Part shown: in pieces, positions 48,521 to 58,864 of the stretch
Numbering within the stretch: the first letter of the stretch is position 1
How the letters are laid out: each line of letters opens with the position of its first letter
Source: Euryarchaeota archaeon UBA62
GTDB lineage: Archaea; Thermoplasmatota; Poseidoniia; Poseidoniales; Thalassarchaeaceae
Assembly (NCBI GenBank): GCA_002502095.1
Contig: DAPJ01000028.1
Location: 37,387 to 101,386 of the forward strand
Direction: 5' to 3'
Length of the DNA: 64,000 nt
The notes under the pieces: model-generated
Told to the model about the DNA's origin: nothing
Seen by the model: the letters and a program-made list of their open reading frames with translations, nothing else
Databases searched by the model: none
Position numbers and translations under genes: made by a program

Positions 48521-50089
48521 ATGCACTGGGCAGATTTCAGAGCTCAGAGATTATCTGAGAGGGACGTACCACAGGTAATTGTCTCCGGCATAACTCCCTC
48601 GGGAGAATTCCATATTGGCCATCTTAGAGAAATTCTTACTGCTGAGATGATACATAGGGCATGTCTAGATGCTGGACTTGATTCCAGATATGTCTTCATA
48701 GTTGATTCTATGGATCCATTACGAAGAGTGTATGACTTTCTATCTCCTGAATATGAGAAATATATTGGTGTTCCTCTTGCTTACATCCCATCCCCTAATC
48801 CTGATGGGACGCCGAGTACCGGTTCAGTAAGCTATGCTGAATACTTCTTGAATCCATTTTTAGAATCCCTGAGAGAGATAGGGGTATTTCCAGAGATAGA
48901 GATGAATCATGAGGCTTACGAAGATGGAAGATTCTCAGAAAAGATTGATCAGGCCATCTGTAATAGAAAGGAAATTAGGGAGATAATAATGACAGTATCC
49001 GGGAGAGAGCTTCCTGAAGACTGGTTCCCCTATAGCCCTCGTGGGCCAAACGGAAGTATGGATGGGGTCAAAGTAACTGATTACGAATATCCCTTTGTTT
49101 CCTGGGTGAATGAAGACGGAGTCACAGGGACCGCAGATATCAGGAAGGCCGATGGGAAAATGCCATGGAGGATTGATTGGGCGGCCCGCTGGATAATCCA
49201 TCAAGTAACCTGTGAGCCGGCTGGTAAAGATCATGGCGCGGCTGGAGGTAGTTTTGATACTGGGATACCGATTTGTGAGGTTCTTGGTGGGATTCCTCCT
49301 GAGAAGATAGTTTACGAGTGGATTCAACTCAAGGGAATGGGGCCGATGTCTAGCTCATCAGGAGTCACAATAGGGCCGATGGAAGCCCTCTCTCTAGTAC
49401 CTCCTGAAATCCTTCGATATGTTATAGCCAGGAGTAAGATTGGGAGACATATTGAGTTCGATACAGGATCGGCCTTGTTTGAGATGGCAGATGAGTACGA
49501 GCGCCTCCTTTCTAGGGTTGAAACTGGAGAGATATCAAAGCGTATGCAGACAAGAATCGATACTAGGAAAGGAGCCCTTAGGTTGAGTCAGGTAGTAAGG
49601 AACTCCGACCCGTCTGACTCCATCGCAGGTGTTTCTTTCAGGCATCTATCAATGCTTGCACAGATCAAGTCTTCTGATGAGGAGGTCTGGGAATCTCTGA
49701 GAAATAGTGGGCATCTGTCTGGAAATCCCAGTGATTCATTAGTAGTCAGATTAACTAAGATGAGAAATTGGATAGGTGGAAGTCACTTTCCAGAAGATGC
49801 CCGGATAATAATCCAGTCAGTAATTGGAGATGATTTCAGAGAAAATACCTCAGAGGAACAGAAGATCTTCCTTAGAAGGTTGAGTAAATCTCTGGAGGAT
49901 TGCGAGTGGAACCAGGATTCCATTAGAGAGGTTATTAGGGAGTGTACTAGTATTTGTGAACTGGTTCCTAGAGATGGTTTCTCATCACTATACTGGGCAC
50001 TACTTGGCAGGGGCCACGGACCTAGGGCATCGGCCTTAATTTCAGAAATGGACAAGAGAGTATTGATTGATCTTCTGTCTGGAGTGTGA
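48521..50089 (+). CDS. lysS: Lysine--tRNA ligase, class I
   Basis: MHWAD, SGITPSGEFHIGHLRE, KMPWRIDW, EPAGKDH, MSSSSG, GPR. Confidence 0.95.
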   Translation: MHWADFRAQRLSERDVPQVIVSGITPSGEFHIGHLREILTAEMIHRACLDAGLDSRYVFIVDSMDPLRRVYDFLSPEYEKYIGVPLAYIPSPNPDGTPSTGSVSYAEYFLNPFLESLREIGVFPEIEMNHEAYEDGRFSEKIDQAICNRKEIREIIMTVSGRELPEDWFPYSPRGPNGSMDGVKVTDYEYPFVSWVNEDGVTGTADIRKADGKMPWRIDWAARWIIHQVTCEPAGKDHGAAGGSFDTGIPICEVLGGIPPEKIVYEWIQLKGMGPMSSSSGVTIGPMEALSLVPPEILRYVIARSKIGRHIEFDTGSALFEMADEYERLLSRVETGEISKRMQTRIDTRKGALRLSQVVRNSDPSDSIAGVSFRHLSMLAQIKSSDEEVWESLRNSGHLSGNPSDSLVVRLTKMRNWIGGSHFPEDARIIIQSVIGDDFRENTSEEQKIFLRRLSKSLEDCEWNQDSIREVIRECTSICELVPRDGFSSLYWALLGRGHGPRASALISEMDKRVLIDLLSGV

Positions 50090-50823
50090 AGGGCTTAACC
50101 ATGAGATCTGATCATCTACCATTCCCAATGCCTGAACGTCCTCATTCTTTGGTTCAGGAGTGGAAGAATCTCACATTCATGCACTGGGAGGTTGACCCAG
50201 TGAAGCTAGCCAAGTATATTCCAGATGGCTTGGAAATAGATTTATTCGAGGGCAGAGCATTCATCGGAACAATTCCATTCATAATGGCCAATGTCAGACC
50301 TAGAATGACTTTTCCTATACCGGGAGTCTCCACCTTTCCTGAGATTAATATCAGAACCTACGTGAGAAATGGGAGTCGTGCTGGTGTTCTTTTCTTGACA
50401 CTTGAAGCTCAGAGTCTGATTACTTGCTCCTATGCGACAAGAGCCTACGGGCTACCATATAGGTACTCAATAGCAAATGTTCGGTCACAAGATGGGAAAT
50501 ACAGGTGGAACGCCTGTAGAAAGGATGGCAGTCACGAGATTATCGGTGAATGTACGTGGGATGAGCAGGAGGAAGTAGCTGAGAAGGGGACACTGGAAGA
50601 ATTTCTCTTTGAGAGGTATTGCTTGTACACCATACACAGGGGAAATTTGTGTATAGCTTACACACAGCATGAGCCTTGGAAATTTGGTACTGGCGAAGTA
50701 AAGTTGGAGTCTAACACACTTACCGATGAGTTCGACTTGGGCATAGGTAATGTGCTATTACCTGACTTAGTACATGTTTCGGAAGGGGTGTATGTGAAGA
50801 CTTGGTCGACAGAGGTGGTCTAG
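50086..50823 (+). CDS. DUF2071 (YqjF) family protein
   Basis: QEWKNLTFMHW, FPEINIRTYV, LPY, FLFERY, HEPW. Confidence 0.85.
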   Translation: MKGLTMRSDHLPFPMPERPHSLVQEWKNLTFMHWEVDPVKLAKYIPDGLEIDLFEGRAFIGTIPFIMANVRPRMTFPIPGVSTFPEINIRTYVRNGSRAGVLFLTLEAQSLITCSYATRAYGLPYRYSIANVRSQDGKYRWNACRKDGSHEIIGECTWDEQEEVAEKGTLEEFLFERYCLYTIHRGNLCIAYTQHEPWKFGTGEVKLESNTLTDEFDLGIGNVLLPDLVHVSEGVYVKTWSTEVV

Positions 50824-51215
50824 TGGTTCTTGATGAGAGTCGTGATGTATTAATTCTAGACGGGGACTGTGGCCTATGCCATCGCCTGGCAGAATTCGTC
50901 GATAAACGAATTATGGATAGGGAACTGTTGGCATTCAGACCTGGTAATTCTGAAGATGCTGAATTACTGTTTTCTAAGATGCGTGAGTCAATAAGAAGTG
51001 CAGATACGGTATATCTAGTCAGAGAGGGAAGGACATACATCCGTTCCGCCGCTGCGATACGCTGTCTTCTTTACATGAGAGCACACTGGAGATTATTATT
51101 TCCGGTATTATGGATTATACCCCTTCCAATTAGAGACCTAGTATATCGAATAGTTGCTAGATACAGGCATCTTTTCTTCGAGCGCCCTGAGTACTGTAGT
51201 TTTAGAATAGACTAG
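50823..51215 (+). CDS. DCC1-like (DUF393) thiol-disulfide oxidoreductase
   Basis: DGDCGLC, RSAAAI, P.PIRDLVYRIVARYR. GTG start 5 nt after a GAGGTG SD. Confidence 0.85.
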   Translation: MVLDESRDVLILDGDCGLCHRLAEFVDKRIMDRELLAFRPGNSEDAELLFSKMRESIRSADTVYLVREGRTYIRSAAAIRCLLYMRAHWRLLFPVLWIIPLPIRDLVYRIVARYRHLFFERPEYCSFRID

Positions 51216-51224
51216 GTGAAGTAG

Positions 51225-51986
51225 ATGAAAATAAGGCTACATCAGTTTCTATCAAGGACAGGTCATTTCAGTTCTAAAAGTAAAGTCAAGAAGGCCGTAT
51301 GGGACGGATCAATATCGGTTGGCGGGAGAATAGTGAAAAATATTTCATATGAGTTCAATCCGGATAAAAGGGAGGTAATTTACAATGGCATTAGATTGAG
51401 TCTTCCTATTAATTATCGCTACTTCATACTGAATAAGCCCAAGGGAGTAATATGCTCAAGGATAAATAAACATGAGAGGGCCCTAAACAAGAAATCTGTC
51501 TTTTCATTGTTTGAAAATCTTGTTGACCCGAATGTCTTGGACTCTTTGGTCACGGTGGGAAGGCTAGACGAAGGTACCACTGGACTTCTGATATTGACCA
51601 ATGATGGCTCATTAGTAAATGACATCGCTAATCCGTCAAAAAATATTGGAAAGACCTATACTCTGAAAGTCTCTAAGAGGATAACTTCCGAATTTATCGA
51701 TTCTATTAGAAAAGGAGTTACCATAGATATAGTCAGGGATGGCGTTACTGAGGAATATACCACTATGCCCGCCCAAGTAACAAAGATTAGTGACTACAGT
51801 ATCGAAGTAACCATCTTCGAAGGGAAAAAGAGACAGATCCGAAGAATGGTCGACGTACTTGGGAATAGGGTACTGCAATTGCATAGGGCCTCAATCGGAA
51901 GTTTGGATTTAGAATCCTATTCATTAGATCCCGGTCAGTACAAAGAGGAGTCAAGAGAAGAAATTGTACAAAGGATAGCCACTTAG
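51225..51986 (+). CDS. RsuA/RluB-family pseudouridine synthase with S4 domain
   Basis: RLHQFLS, LNKPKG, VGRLDEGTTGLLILTNDG, EGKKRQIRRM, LHRASIG. Confidence 0.9.
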   Translation: MKIRLHQFLSRTGHFSSKSKVKKAVWDGSISVGGRIVKNISYEFNPDKREVIYNGIRLSLPINYRYFILNKPKGVICSRINKHERALNKKSVFSLFENLVDPNVLDSLVTVGRLDEGTTGLLILTNDGSLVNDIANPSKNIGKTYTLKVSKRITSEFIDSIRKGVTIDIVRDGVTEEYTTMPAQVTKISDYSIEVTIFEGKKRQIRRMVDVLGNRVLQLHRASIGSLDLESYSLDPGQYKEESREEIVQRIAT

Positions 51987-51989
51987 ATT

Positions 51990-54900
51990 TCATTCTAGAG
52001 TTGAGATATCCAATAAACGCGGTTCTGGCGTTCCTAGTTGCATTTCAGCTATTGCTTCCACTTCCATCTTAGCCCCTGCCATTGTGGTTACAAAAGGGAT
52101 ATTGAGCTCTACGGCTAGTCTCCTCATCATATTACCGTCTAATACTGCCCCACCAGTAGCAGTAGGGGTGTTAATTACTAGCTGTATCATACCCCTCCTC
52201 ATTAAATCAAGAGCATCGGGGGATTTTCTTTCTTCGATTCTATAGCATGTCTCTACTTCCAGTGATCCAATCTCTCTGAGGGCGGATGCGGTACCTGGTG
52301 TAGCATGAATCTTGAAGCCCATCTCTTGCAGACGTTTTGCTAGCTCAATTGTACCACTCTTGTCCTCATCCTTGACAGTAATATAGACCCCACCAGATGT
52401 AGGAACGGGTAACTCTGTAGCCATTCTAGCTTTGAGATACGCAGCTGCTGGCCTTACGTGTGAGCCCATTACCTCCCCTGTCGACTTCATCTCGGGACCA
52501 GGTGCGGGATCTAGGCCCCTTAGTTTTATGAATGGGAAAACTGGAGCCTTTACAGATACTGCCTCAGTCTGTGGCTTGGGTATATCAAGAGAGGAAAGTT
52601 TCTCCCCGAGAGCCACTCTTGCAGCTATTCTAGCAAGAGGGACCCCAGTAGCTTTGGCAACAAAGGGGAATGTTCTTGATCCTCTTGGATTCACCTCTAA
52701 AACGTATAGTTCCTCGTCCCTAATGGCGAATTGAATATTGTAACAACCTCTAATTCCTAGTTCTAGGCCAATAGTAGTGGTCCATTCCTCGACCTTTGAG
52801 AGTACACCTTGAGAGATATTCTGAGGTGGAATGAAGCAAGTGGAGTCACCTGAATGGATTCCAGCTTCTTCTAAATGCTCCATGATTGCCCCAATCAGAA
52901 CTTCTTCTCCATCGCAGACAGCATCGACATCAAGCTCTATGGCATTACCTAGATACTCGTCAATTAGTAACGGCCTATCGGGAGAAAGGAAAGCCTCGCC
53001 CATGTATGCCTCCAATTGCCTATCATTCGATAGTATCTCCATCCCTCTTCCCCCTAAGACATAGGATGGTCGAATTAGAACTGGGTATCCAATGGAAGAA
53101 ACCGCCTTCCTGACTCCTTCTGAATCTATGGCAGTCATACCTCTTGGCATATCCAATTGACACCTCTCAGCAAAATCTTCGAATCTCTGCCTATCACTAG
53201 CCTCATCCACAGCTTCAGGGGTAGTACCTTCAATTACCAAATTTAGACCTAATTTTTCGAGATGGGATAGATTATCTGAAAGTGGTAAAGCCAGATTGAT
53301 TGCAGTCTGGCCGCCGAACTGAAGGAGTATTCCATGAGCTTTCTCTCGGAGTAAAATCTCGGAAACTGATTCCAGATTTAGTGGATCGAAATATAGCCTG
53401 TCACTAGTATCGAAATCAGTTGAAACGGTTTCAGGATTATTATTGATAATAATTGCCTCATGCCCCATTTCCCTTATCGCTCCTACGGCATGGACACAAC
53501 CATAATCAAACTCTATGCCTTGACCAATTCTGATGGGCCCAGAACCAATAACGACTATTCTTTGCCTGGACTTAGTCTCCAAACCTGGAACTAAATCAAC
53601 ACCATTTTCCCCAGTTCCCCCCTCATATGTTGAGTAATAGTAAGGAGTGACAGCGGCGAACTCTGCCGCACAAGAGTCAACCATTCTAAATCGTGGATGG
53701 ATGCCCAATTGATGTCTTCTGATTGTAACCGATGCCTCCCCCCTTCCCGATGGTAGATTCTTGAATCCAGAGGGAGGGAACCCACATAGTGCATCTGCAA
53801 TATGTAAATCTGTAAATCCTACTCCTTTCCAAGATCTCATCTCGGACTCGGGGATTTCAGAAGGACGAAGTCCCATCTCACCAGCGGCCCTAATCTCAGT
53901 CTCAACAGCGGCCATTTTCTCGAATCTGTGTAAGAACCACCTGGTTACTCCTCCAGTTAAGTCCCTAACATCCTCTAGCGAATACCCTCTTCTGAATGCC
54001 TCCATAATTGCAGACATTCTCCTATCTGTGGGCACCCTAAGCCAATCTTCTAAAATTGCAGTAGGGAGTTCCTCGGAAGACCTCTCATCCATAGACTCGC
54101 CTCCTGAAGAATCGGCCATCGTGAGGGGTCTTGGATGTGGTTTGCCATACTCTAGACTTGCCCATGCCTTGAGGAAAGCCTCTTCGAAACACCTTCCAAT
54201 TGCCATTACTTCTCCTGTCGACTTCATGGAGGTTCCAATTGTTCTATCAGCTGTCCTAAATTTATCGAATGGCCATCTTGGTATTTTCACTACACAGTAG
54301 TCCAATGTAGGTTCGAAAGCTGCAGTTGTCCCCTCACCGGTGATTGGATTAGGTAGCTCATCTAGAGTATATCCTACAGCAATCAGGGCAGCCATTCTAG
54401 CAATTGGGTAGCCTGTTGCCTTAGATGCCAAAGCCGACGAGCGTGATACTCTCGGATTGACCTCGATAACTCGATACTGCCCTGTGGACTGCTCTACTGC
54501 AAACTGAACATTGCAACCACCTTTGATATTGAGTCTTCTAATAAGTTTCAAGGCCGCGTCTCTCAACATCTGATGATCTCTATCTGAAAGAGTCTGTTGG
54601 GGTGCAACGACAACAGATTCACCCGTATGTACGCCCATTGGGTCTAGATTCTCCATAGTGCAGACGATAATCGCGTTATCCGCGGCGTCCCTCATCACCT
54701 CGTACTCATGTTCTTGCCATCCCAAGATGCTGACCTCAATGAGTACTTGACCTATGGCCGATTGCAGAAGTCCCTGGCTGGCAATCTCAACTAGCTCCCC
54801 TTTGTTGAATGCAGTTCCCCCTCCTAGTCCACCTAGTGTGAAAGCTGGACGAATAAGAAGAGGGTATTTTCCAATCTTATCTGCGGCATCTAGCACCTCA

Positions 54901-55358
54901 TTGATTGACGAGCAGGCTACTGCTTCGCATACTGGAAGATCGATACCCTCGCAGACTCTTTTGAAGAGATCTCTATCTTCGGCCTCGTCTATAGAGGCTA
55001 AATCACAGCCTATCAATTCTACTCCTAACTCGTCCAATGAGCCATCCTTGGCCAGAGCGGAGGCGATATTTAGTGCCGTTTGACCGCCCATGCCTGCTAG
55101 AATAGCATCTGGTTTCTCTAGCTCGAGTATTCTCTTGACAACCTCAGGGAGAAGGGGCTCAATGTATATCCTATCTGCCATTTCTGGGTCATTCTGAATT
55201 GTCGCTGGATTAGAATTGATCAATATTACTTCGTATCCATCATCTCTCAAAGCCCTACATGCCTGAGAGCCAGAAAAATCAAACTCAGCCGCCTGACCGA
55301 TTCTAATGGGTCCGCTCCCAAGTATTACTATTCTTGAGAGATCGTTCCTTCGGGGCAC
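51990..55358 (-). CDS. carB: Carbamoyl-phosphate synthase large subunit
   Basis: GSGPIRIGQAAEFDFSG, duplicated ATP-grasp domains (EVNPRVSRSS; EVNPRGSRT), C-terminal MGS domain. Confidence 0.97.
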   Translation of the reverse strand: MPRRNDLSRIVILGSGPIRIGQAAEFDFSGSQACRALRDDGYEVILINSNPATIQNDPEMADRIYIEPLLPEVVKRILELEKPDAILAGMGGQTALNIASALAKDGSLDELGVELIGCDLASIDEAEDRDLFKRVCEGIDLPVCEAVACSSINEVLDAADKIGKYPLLIRPAFTLGGLGGGTAFNKGELVEIASQGLLQSAIGQVLIEVSILGWQEHEYEVMRDAADNAIIVCTMENLDPMGVHTGESVVVAPQQTLSDRDHQMLRDAALKLIRRLNIKGGCNVQFAVEQSTGQYRVIEVNPRVSRSSALASKATGYPIARMAALIAVGYTLDELPNPITGEGTTAAFEPTLDYCVVKIPRWPFDKFRTADRTIGTSMKSTGEVMAIGRCFEEAFLKAWASLEYGKPHPRPLTMADSSGGESMDERSSEELPTAILEDWLRVPTDRRMSAIMEAFRRGYSLEDVRDLTGGVTRWFLHRFEKMAAVETEIRAAGEMGLRPSEIPESEMRSWKGVGFTDLHIADALCGFPPSGFKNLPSGRGEASVTIRRHQLGIHPRFRMVDSCAAEFAAVTPYYYSTYEGGTGENGVDLVPGLETKSRQRIVVIGSGPIRIGQGIEFDYGCVHAVGAIREMGHEAIIINNNPETVSTDFDTSDRLYFDPLNLESVSEILLREKAHGILLQFGGQTAINLALPLSDNLSHLEKLGLNLVIEGTTPEAVDEASDRQRFEDFAERCQLDMPRGMTAIDSEGVRKAVSSIGYPVLIRPSYVLGGRGMEILSNDRQLEAYMGEAFLSPDRPLLIDEYLGNAIELDVDAVCDGEEVLIGAIMEHLEEAGIHSGDSTCFIPPQNISQGVLSKVEEWTTTIGLELGIRGCYNIQFAIRDEELYVLEVNPRGSRTFPFVAKATGVPLARIAARVALGEKLSSLDIPKPQTEAVSVKAPVFPFIKLRGLDPAPGPEMKSTGEVMGSHVRPAAAYLKARMATELPVPTSGGVYITVKDEDKSGTIELAKRLQEMGFKIHATPGTASALREIGSLEVETCYRIEERKSPDALDLMRRGMIQLVINTPTATGGAVLDGNMMRRLAVELNIPFVTTMAGAKMEVEAIAEMQLGTPEPRLLDISTLE

Positions 55359-56692
55359 TAATTCCCACCTCCTCCAATGATGGCTGGTTGTGGGTCTCCT
55401 GAAAGGTGGTCAGCAACTATATCAGCAAATCTATCGAACAGTGGGGAAGCGTCATGTGGCCCAGGACAGGCCTCGGGATGGAACTGGATGGTGAATGCTG
55501 GCTTCCCAACTAAATCTAGGCCCTCGACAGTCCTGTCATTGGCATTTACATGTCTGACTGTAAATTCGGCCTCTAAGATATTACTTCCGGCAACGGAGCA
55601 TGTTCCTGAGGGATGGGGGGCGAGCATTCCTTTACTGGGGTCTTCTACTGCAAACCCATGATTCTGACTTGTAATGTCAACCTTGCCGGTGACCAGATCA
55701 AGAACGGGCTGATTTGATCCCCTATGGCCGTACCTGAGCTTGTATGTCCTGAGTCCCGCTGCTAGGCCCATGAGTTGGTGCCCCAGGCAAATCCCCATCA
55801 CCGGCATATCTGATCTGACGGCAGCGGCGAGAGTGTCACGGGCCGTTGTAGCTGTCCCGGGGTGAGCTGGATCTCCGGGACCATTAGATGCGAAAAGAGC
55901 GTCCGGCTTCCAATCCTCCATTATTTCTTGGAATGGCATTGAAGCAGGGCACCAGACTACCTCAAATCTACTACAAAGCTCTCTGATGATATTATACTTT
56001 ATTCCACAGTCTAATACTGCCAATCTGGGAAGCTTCTGGCCATTTTCACCTATAGCTCCCGGATTAGCAATAACAGGCTTGTCAACAGTCACTGATTTTA
56101 CCAGATCTTCGTGATCTGGAGGAGTCATTTTTGACAATATTCTTTCCATTTCTCTCGCCTTGTCGACAGGTCCGAAAACACACAAGAGAGTCCCATATTC
56201 CCTTACTCTTCTGGTTAGGTCCCTTGTATCAACTCCTTGGATTCCTGGAACGCCGTGCAATAAAAGTAAATCATGAACGCTACCGACGGAATCCCTGTGG
56301 TCAGGAATAGGCATCATTTGTTTACATACTACTCCCCTAGGGTGGACCCTTGAGGACTCTGATATTTGAGGAATTATGCCATAATTTCCCAACAGAGGCC
56401 AGGTGAATGTCAGTACTTGGCCAGCGAACGAAGGGTCTGTCAGGCTCTCTTGATATCCAGCCATCCCGGTTGTGAAAACTAGTTCTCCTTGAGCAATAGT
56501 TTCAGCTCCAAATAGAACTCCATTGTATCTGGTACCGTCTGCCAGAATCAACAATCCAGGCGCCTCACCAGGTGGATTTCTACTCTGTGAACCAACAAGT
56601 CCATCTGCGGCATCTGGGAAAGTTGGTGCGTCTGAAACTCCGGGAATATCTGCGCCGGGAATGAATCCGCGTTGCAGTCCCGACCCCGACAT
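55358..56692 (-). CDS. carA: Carbamoyl-phosphate synthase small subunit
   Basis: GELVFTTGMAGYQE, SNGPGDP, GICLGHQ, SQNHG, QFHPEA. Confidence 0.96.
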   Translation of the reverse strand: MSGSGLQRGFIPGADIPGVSDAPTFPDAADGLVGSQSRNPPGEAPGLLILADGTRYNGVLFGAETIAQGELVFTTGMAGYQESLTDPSFAGQVLTFTWPLLGNYGIIPQISESSRVHPRGVVCKQMMPIPDHRDSVGSVHDLLLLHGVPGIQGVDTRDLTRRVREYGTLLCVFGPVDKAREMERILSKMTPPDHEDLVKSVTVDKPVIANPGAIGENGQKLPRLAVLDCGIKYNIIRELCSRFEVVWCPASMPFQEIMEDWKPDALFASNGPGDPAHPGTATTARDTLAAAVRSDMPVMGICLGHQLMGLAAGLRTYKLRYGHRGSNQPVLDLVTGKVDITSQNHGFAVEDPSKGMLAPHPSGTCSVAGSNILEAEFTVRHVNANDRTVEGLDLVGKPAFTIQFHPEACPGPHDASPLFDRFADIVADHLSGDPQPAIIGGGGN

Positions 56693-56749
56693 CAGCGAAG
56701 CTGCACAAATACGTCACTTAATCATTGATGAAGAATTATGCCTTTTCAC

Positions 56750-57304
56750 TCACTGGTCCTCGTTAGTAACAAGTATCTTTCCATCATCACTGGGGACTAC
56801 AGAAACTGATCCTCCTGGAAAGTCACCAGGTTCCCGTGGCCCTAGGTATGAATTTAGGAATACAGCAAGTGCGGCCACCTCTGAATGAGGTTGGTTCCCT
56901 ACTGCGACATTGTAGTTGGCTAACCCGAATAGTTCCCCTGGGACCTTTGTCCCCCCTACAACGACTGCTACCTCCCCTTCTAATGGGATTTTATCTGTAA
57001 TTTCATTCCAAGACTTCCCGTACATTGTGAGATGGACTATAGTCCCTCCTGATTTTGAAAATGACCTGAGCCATTTCATTGGCTTCCCCTCGTATCTGCA
57101 ACTTAACTGACCACCGAATCTGGACGTAACAGATTTCCAAGTCTCAATAGGAGTAGGGTCGTCATCTCCTGAAAGTATTACCTCGTCAGCACCGAATGCT
57201 CTGGCAGTTAGTCCAAGGTGAGAGGTCATTCTCTTATCTCGGTCTACTCTATGCCCTAGCCTCAAAACCGAGACTTTCAGAGTAGAGTCATCCGTCATAG
57301 TCAT
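56750..57304 (-). CDS. trm56: tRNA (cytidine(56)-2'-O)-methyltransferase
   Basis: LRLGHRVDRDKRMTSH..LTARAFGA, HLTMYG, VGGTKVP, GNQPHSEVAALAVFL. Confidence 0.93.
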   Translation of the reverse strand: MTMTDDSTLKVSVLRLGHRVDRDKRMTSHLGLTARAFGADEVILSGDDDPTPIETWKSVTSRFGGQLSCRYEGKPMKWLRSFSKSGGTIVHLTMYGKSWNEITDKIPLEGEVAVVVGGTKVPGELFGLANYNVAVGNQPHSEVAALAVFLNSYLGPREPGDFPGGSVSVVPSDDGKILVTNEDQ

Positions 57305-57972
57305 CCCAGAGGAGGAGTTCCTTCTTCATTTACAATTGGGTTATCTTGCATAGTAGTCTGAGGAAATAAATCCACTCCCATGTTCATCATCGTACTTCTG
57401 ACCCATTGAAGAAGTATGGCATCCCAAAAGAACGTGGTTGCCATGCCGACCATTATCGCCATCGCAACAAGTCGACCTGAGGCGAATATTGCCACTTGCA
57501 TCTCTATTTCTGGACCTATTATTGCATTGCCCAAAGGCTCTAGGATGTAGAACATAATTATCACAATTAGGATACCTCCAATATTATTCAGAATAGCGTT
57601 TCCAGTCTCCCTTCCTACTGACATTATGAAAGTAGCCATTAGAGCTAAAACAGGGATAATGATACTTATTTCTCTGAAGGTAAATTCCCCGATTAGAGAT
57701 ATTGGTATATCGGCATCTCCAAGTGAAGAGCCTCCTTTATCCACAGATATCCACCAGAAAACCGCAGTCATCGAGGCAAGAGCTCCGGATACTAACCCCC
57801 TGAAGCTTATCATTTCCCTGATATCATGACGATCGGAGGGCTGGAGTCTCTGGATTATGGACTCCATTAATTCAAGAGATTCGCTAGTTGGACCGTCGGG
57901 TCCGCTAGATTGATTCATATTGCCCATATGGGCGTTTAGAGGCTCTTCAGAACCCTGGTCTCCCATCACCAT
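57301..57972 (-). CDS. Hypothetical multi-pass membrane protein
   Basis: About four hydrophobic segments; overlaps the trm56 start by 4 nt. Confidence 0.7.
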   Translation of the reverse strand: MVMGDQGSEEPLNAHMGNMNQSSGPDGPTSESLELMESIIQRLQPSDRHDIREMISFRGLVSGALASMTAVFWWISVDKGGSSLGDADIPISLIGEFTFREISIIIPVLALMATFIMSVGRETGNAILNNIGGILIVIIMFYILEPLGNAIIGPEIEMQVAIFASGRLVAMAIMVGMATTFFWDAILLQWVRSTMMNMGVDLFPQTTMQDNPIVNEEGTPPLG

Positions 57973-58027
57973 CGCTATAATGCGACTCGGTCACATCATA
58001 AAGCATGCGTCGAATGGCGTGCCGAAC

Positions 58028-58861
58028 ATGCCCGACTGGCGACCTAAACTCAGAAGCCGCGCCGATGGAAATCCGAGGATAATGGGTATTCTCAATATTA
58101 CTCCAGATTCATTTCACGGTCAATCCAGATACGAAACAGTAGAGTCTGCAACTAAGGAGGCAATTGCTATGGCCGAGAATGGTGCAGATTGGATAGATGT
58201 AGGCGGGGAGTCGACAAGGCCGGGTTCGCGGGCTGTACCTCCTCGGGAGGAAGAGTCCAGAGTAGTACCTGTGATTCAATCCATTAGAGACGAGTTGCCG
58301 GACATAGGGATCTCAATAGATACCAGGAGGTCCGCTGTGGCATCGGCATCATTACAGGCTGGTGCGGATATGATTAACGATGTTTCATCTCTCGGGGATT
58401 CCGGTATGGCGGGCGTCATAGTTGAATATGGATGTCCTGTTTGTCTCATGCACATGAAAGGAACTCCCGAAAATATGCAAAAAAATCCACAATACTCTGA
58501 TGTAGTATCTGAAGTCAGGAAGAGTTTGGCAGATTCTACTTCTAAGTTAAATCTCCTAGGAGTGGATAATTCCAGGATTATTGTCGATCCAGGGATTGGT
58601 TTCGGGAAGCTCCTACAGCATAATCTGTCCTTGTTGTCATCAGGTAGAGATGTTTTACCCGAGGAAGACATGGGCTTGATGTGGGGAGTAAGCAGAAAAA
58701 GTATGTTTGCTGATCTTCTCGGTAGAAATTCTACTGAGGACAGGCTAGCAGGAAGTCTGGGAGTTGCTTCAAAAGCTCGTAGCTATGGTGTTGATATTAT
58801 CAGGGTCCATGATGTCGCAGAGCACGAGGACCTGTTTTCCACAATCAACTCCCTGAGGTGA
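58028..58861 (+). CDS. folP: Dihydropteroate synthase (bacterial type)
   Basis: MGILNITPDSF, GGESTRPG, ISIDT, INDVS, DPGIGFGK, GVSRKS, RVHDV. Confidence 0.93.
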   Translation: MPDWRPKLRSRADGNPRIMGILNITPDSFHGQSRYETVESATKEAIAMAENGADWIDVGGESTRPGSRAVPPREEESRVVPVIQSIRDELPDIGISIDTRRSAVASASLQAGADMINDVSSLGDSGMAGVIVEYGCPVCLMHMKGTPENMQKNPQYSDVVSEVRKSLADSTSKLNLLGVDNSRIIVDPGIGFGKLLQHNLSLLSSGRDVLPEEDMGLMWGVSRKSMFADLLGRNSTEDRLAGSLGVASKARSYGVDIIRVHDVAEHEDLFSTINSLR

Positions 58862-58864
58862 ATA

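Noticed and set aside
57920..58027. N-terminal extension of FolP (likewise PurC, HD hydrolase, NOG1, FolB, aIF-2beta, NfeD)
   Set aside because: The extensions overlap neighbouring genes or promoters. Downstream starts fit family N-termini and SD/TATA spacing better.
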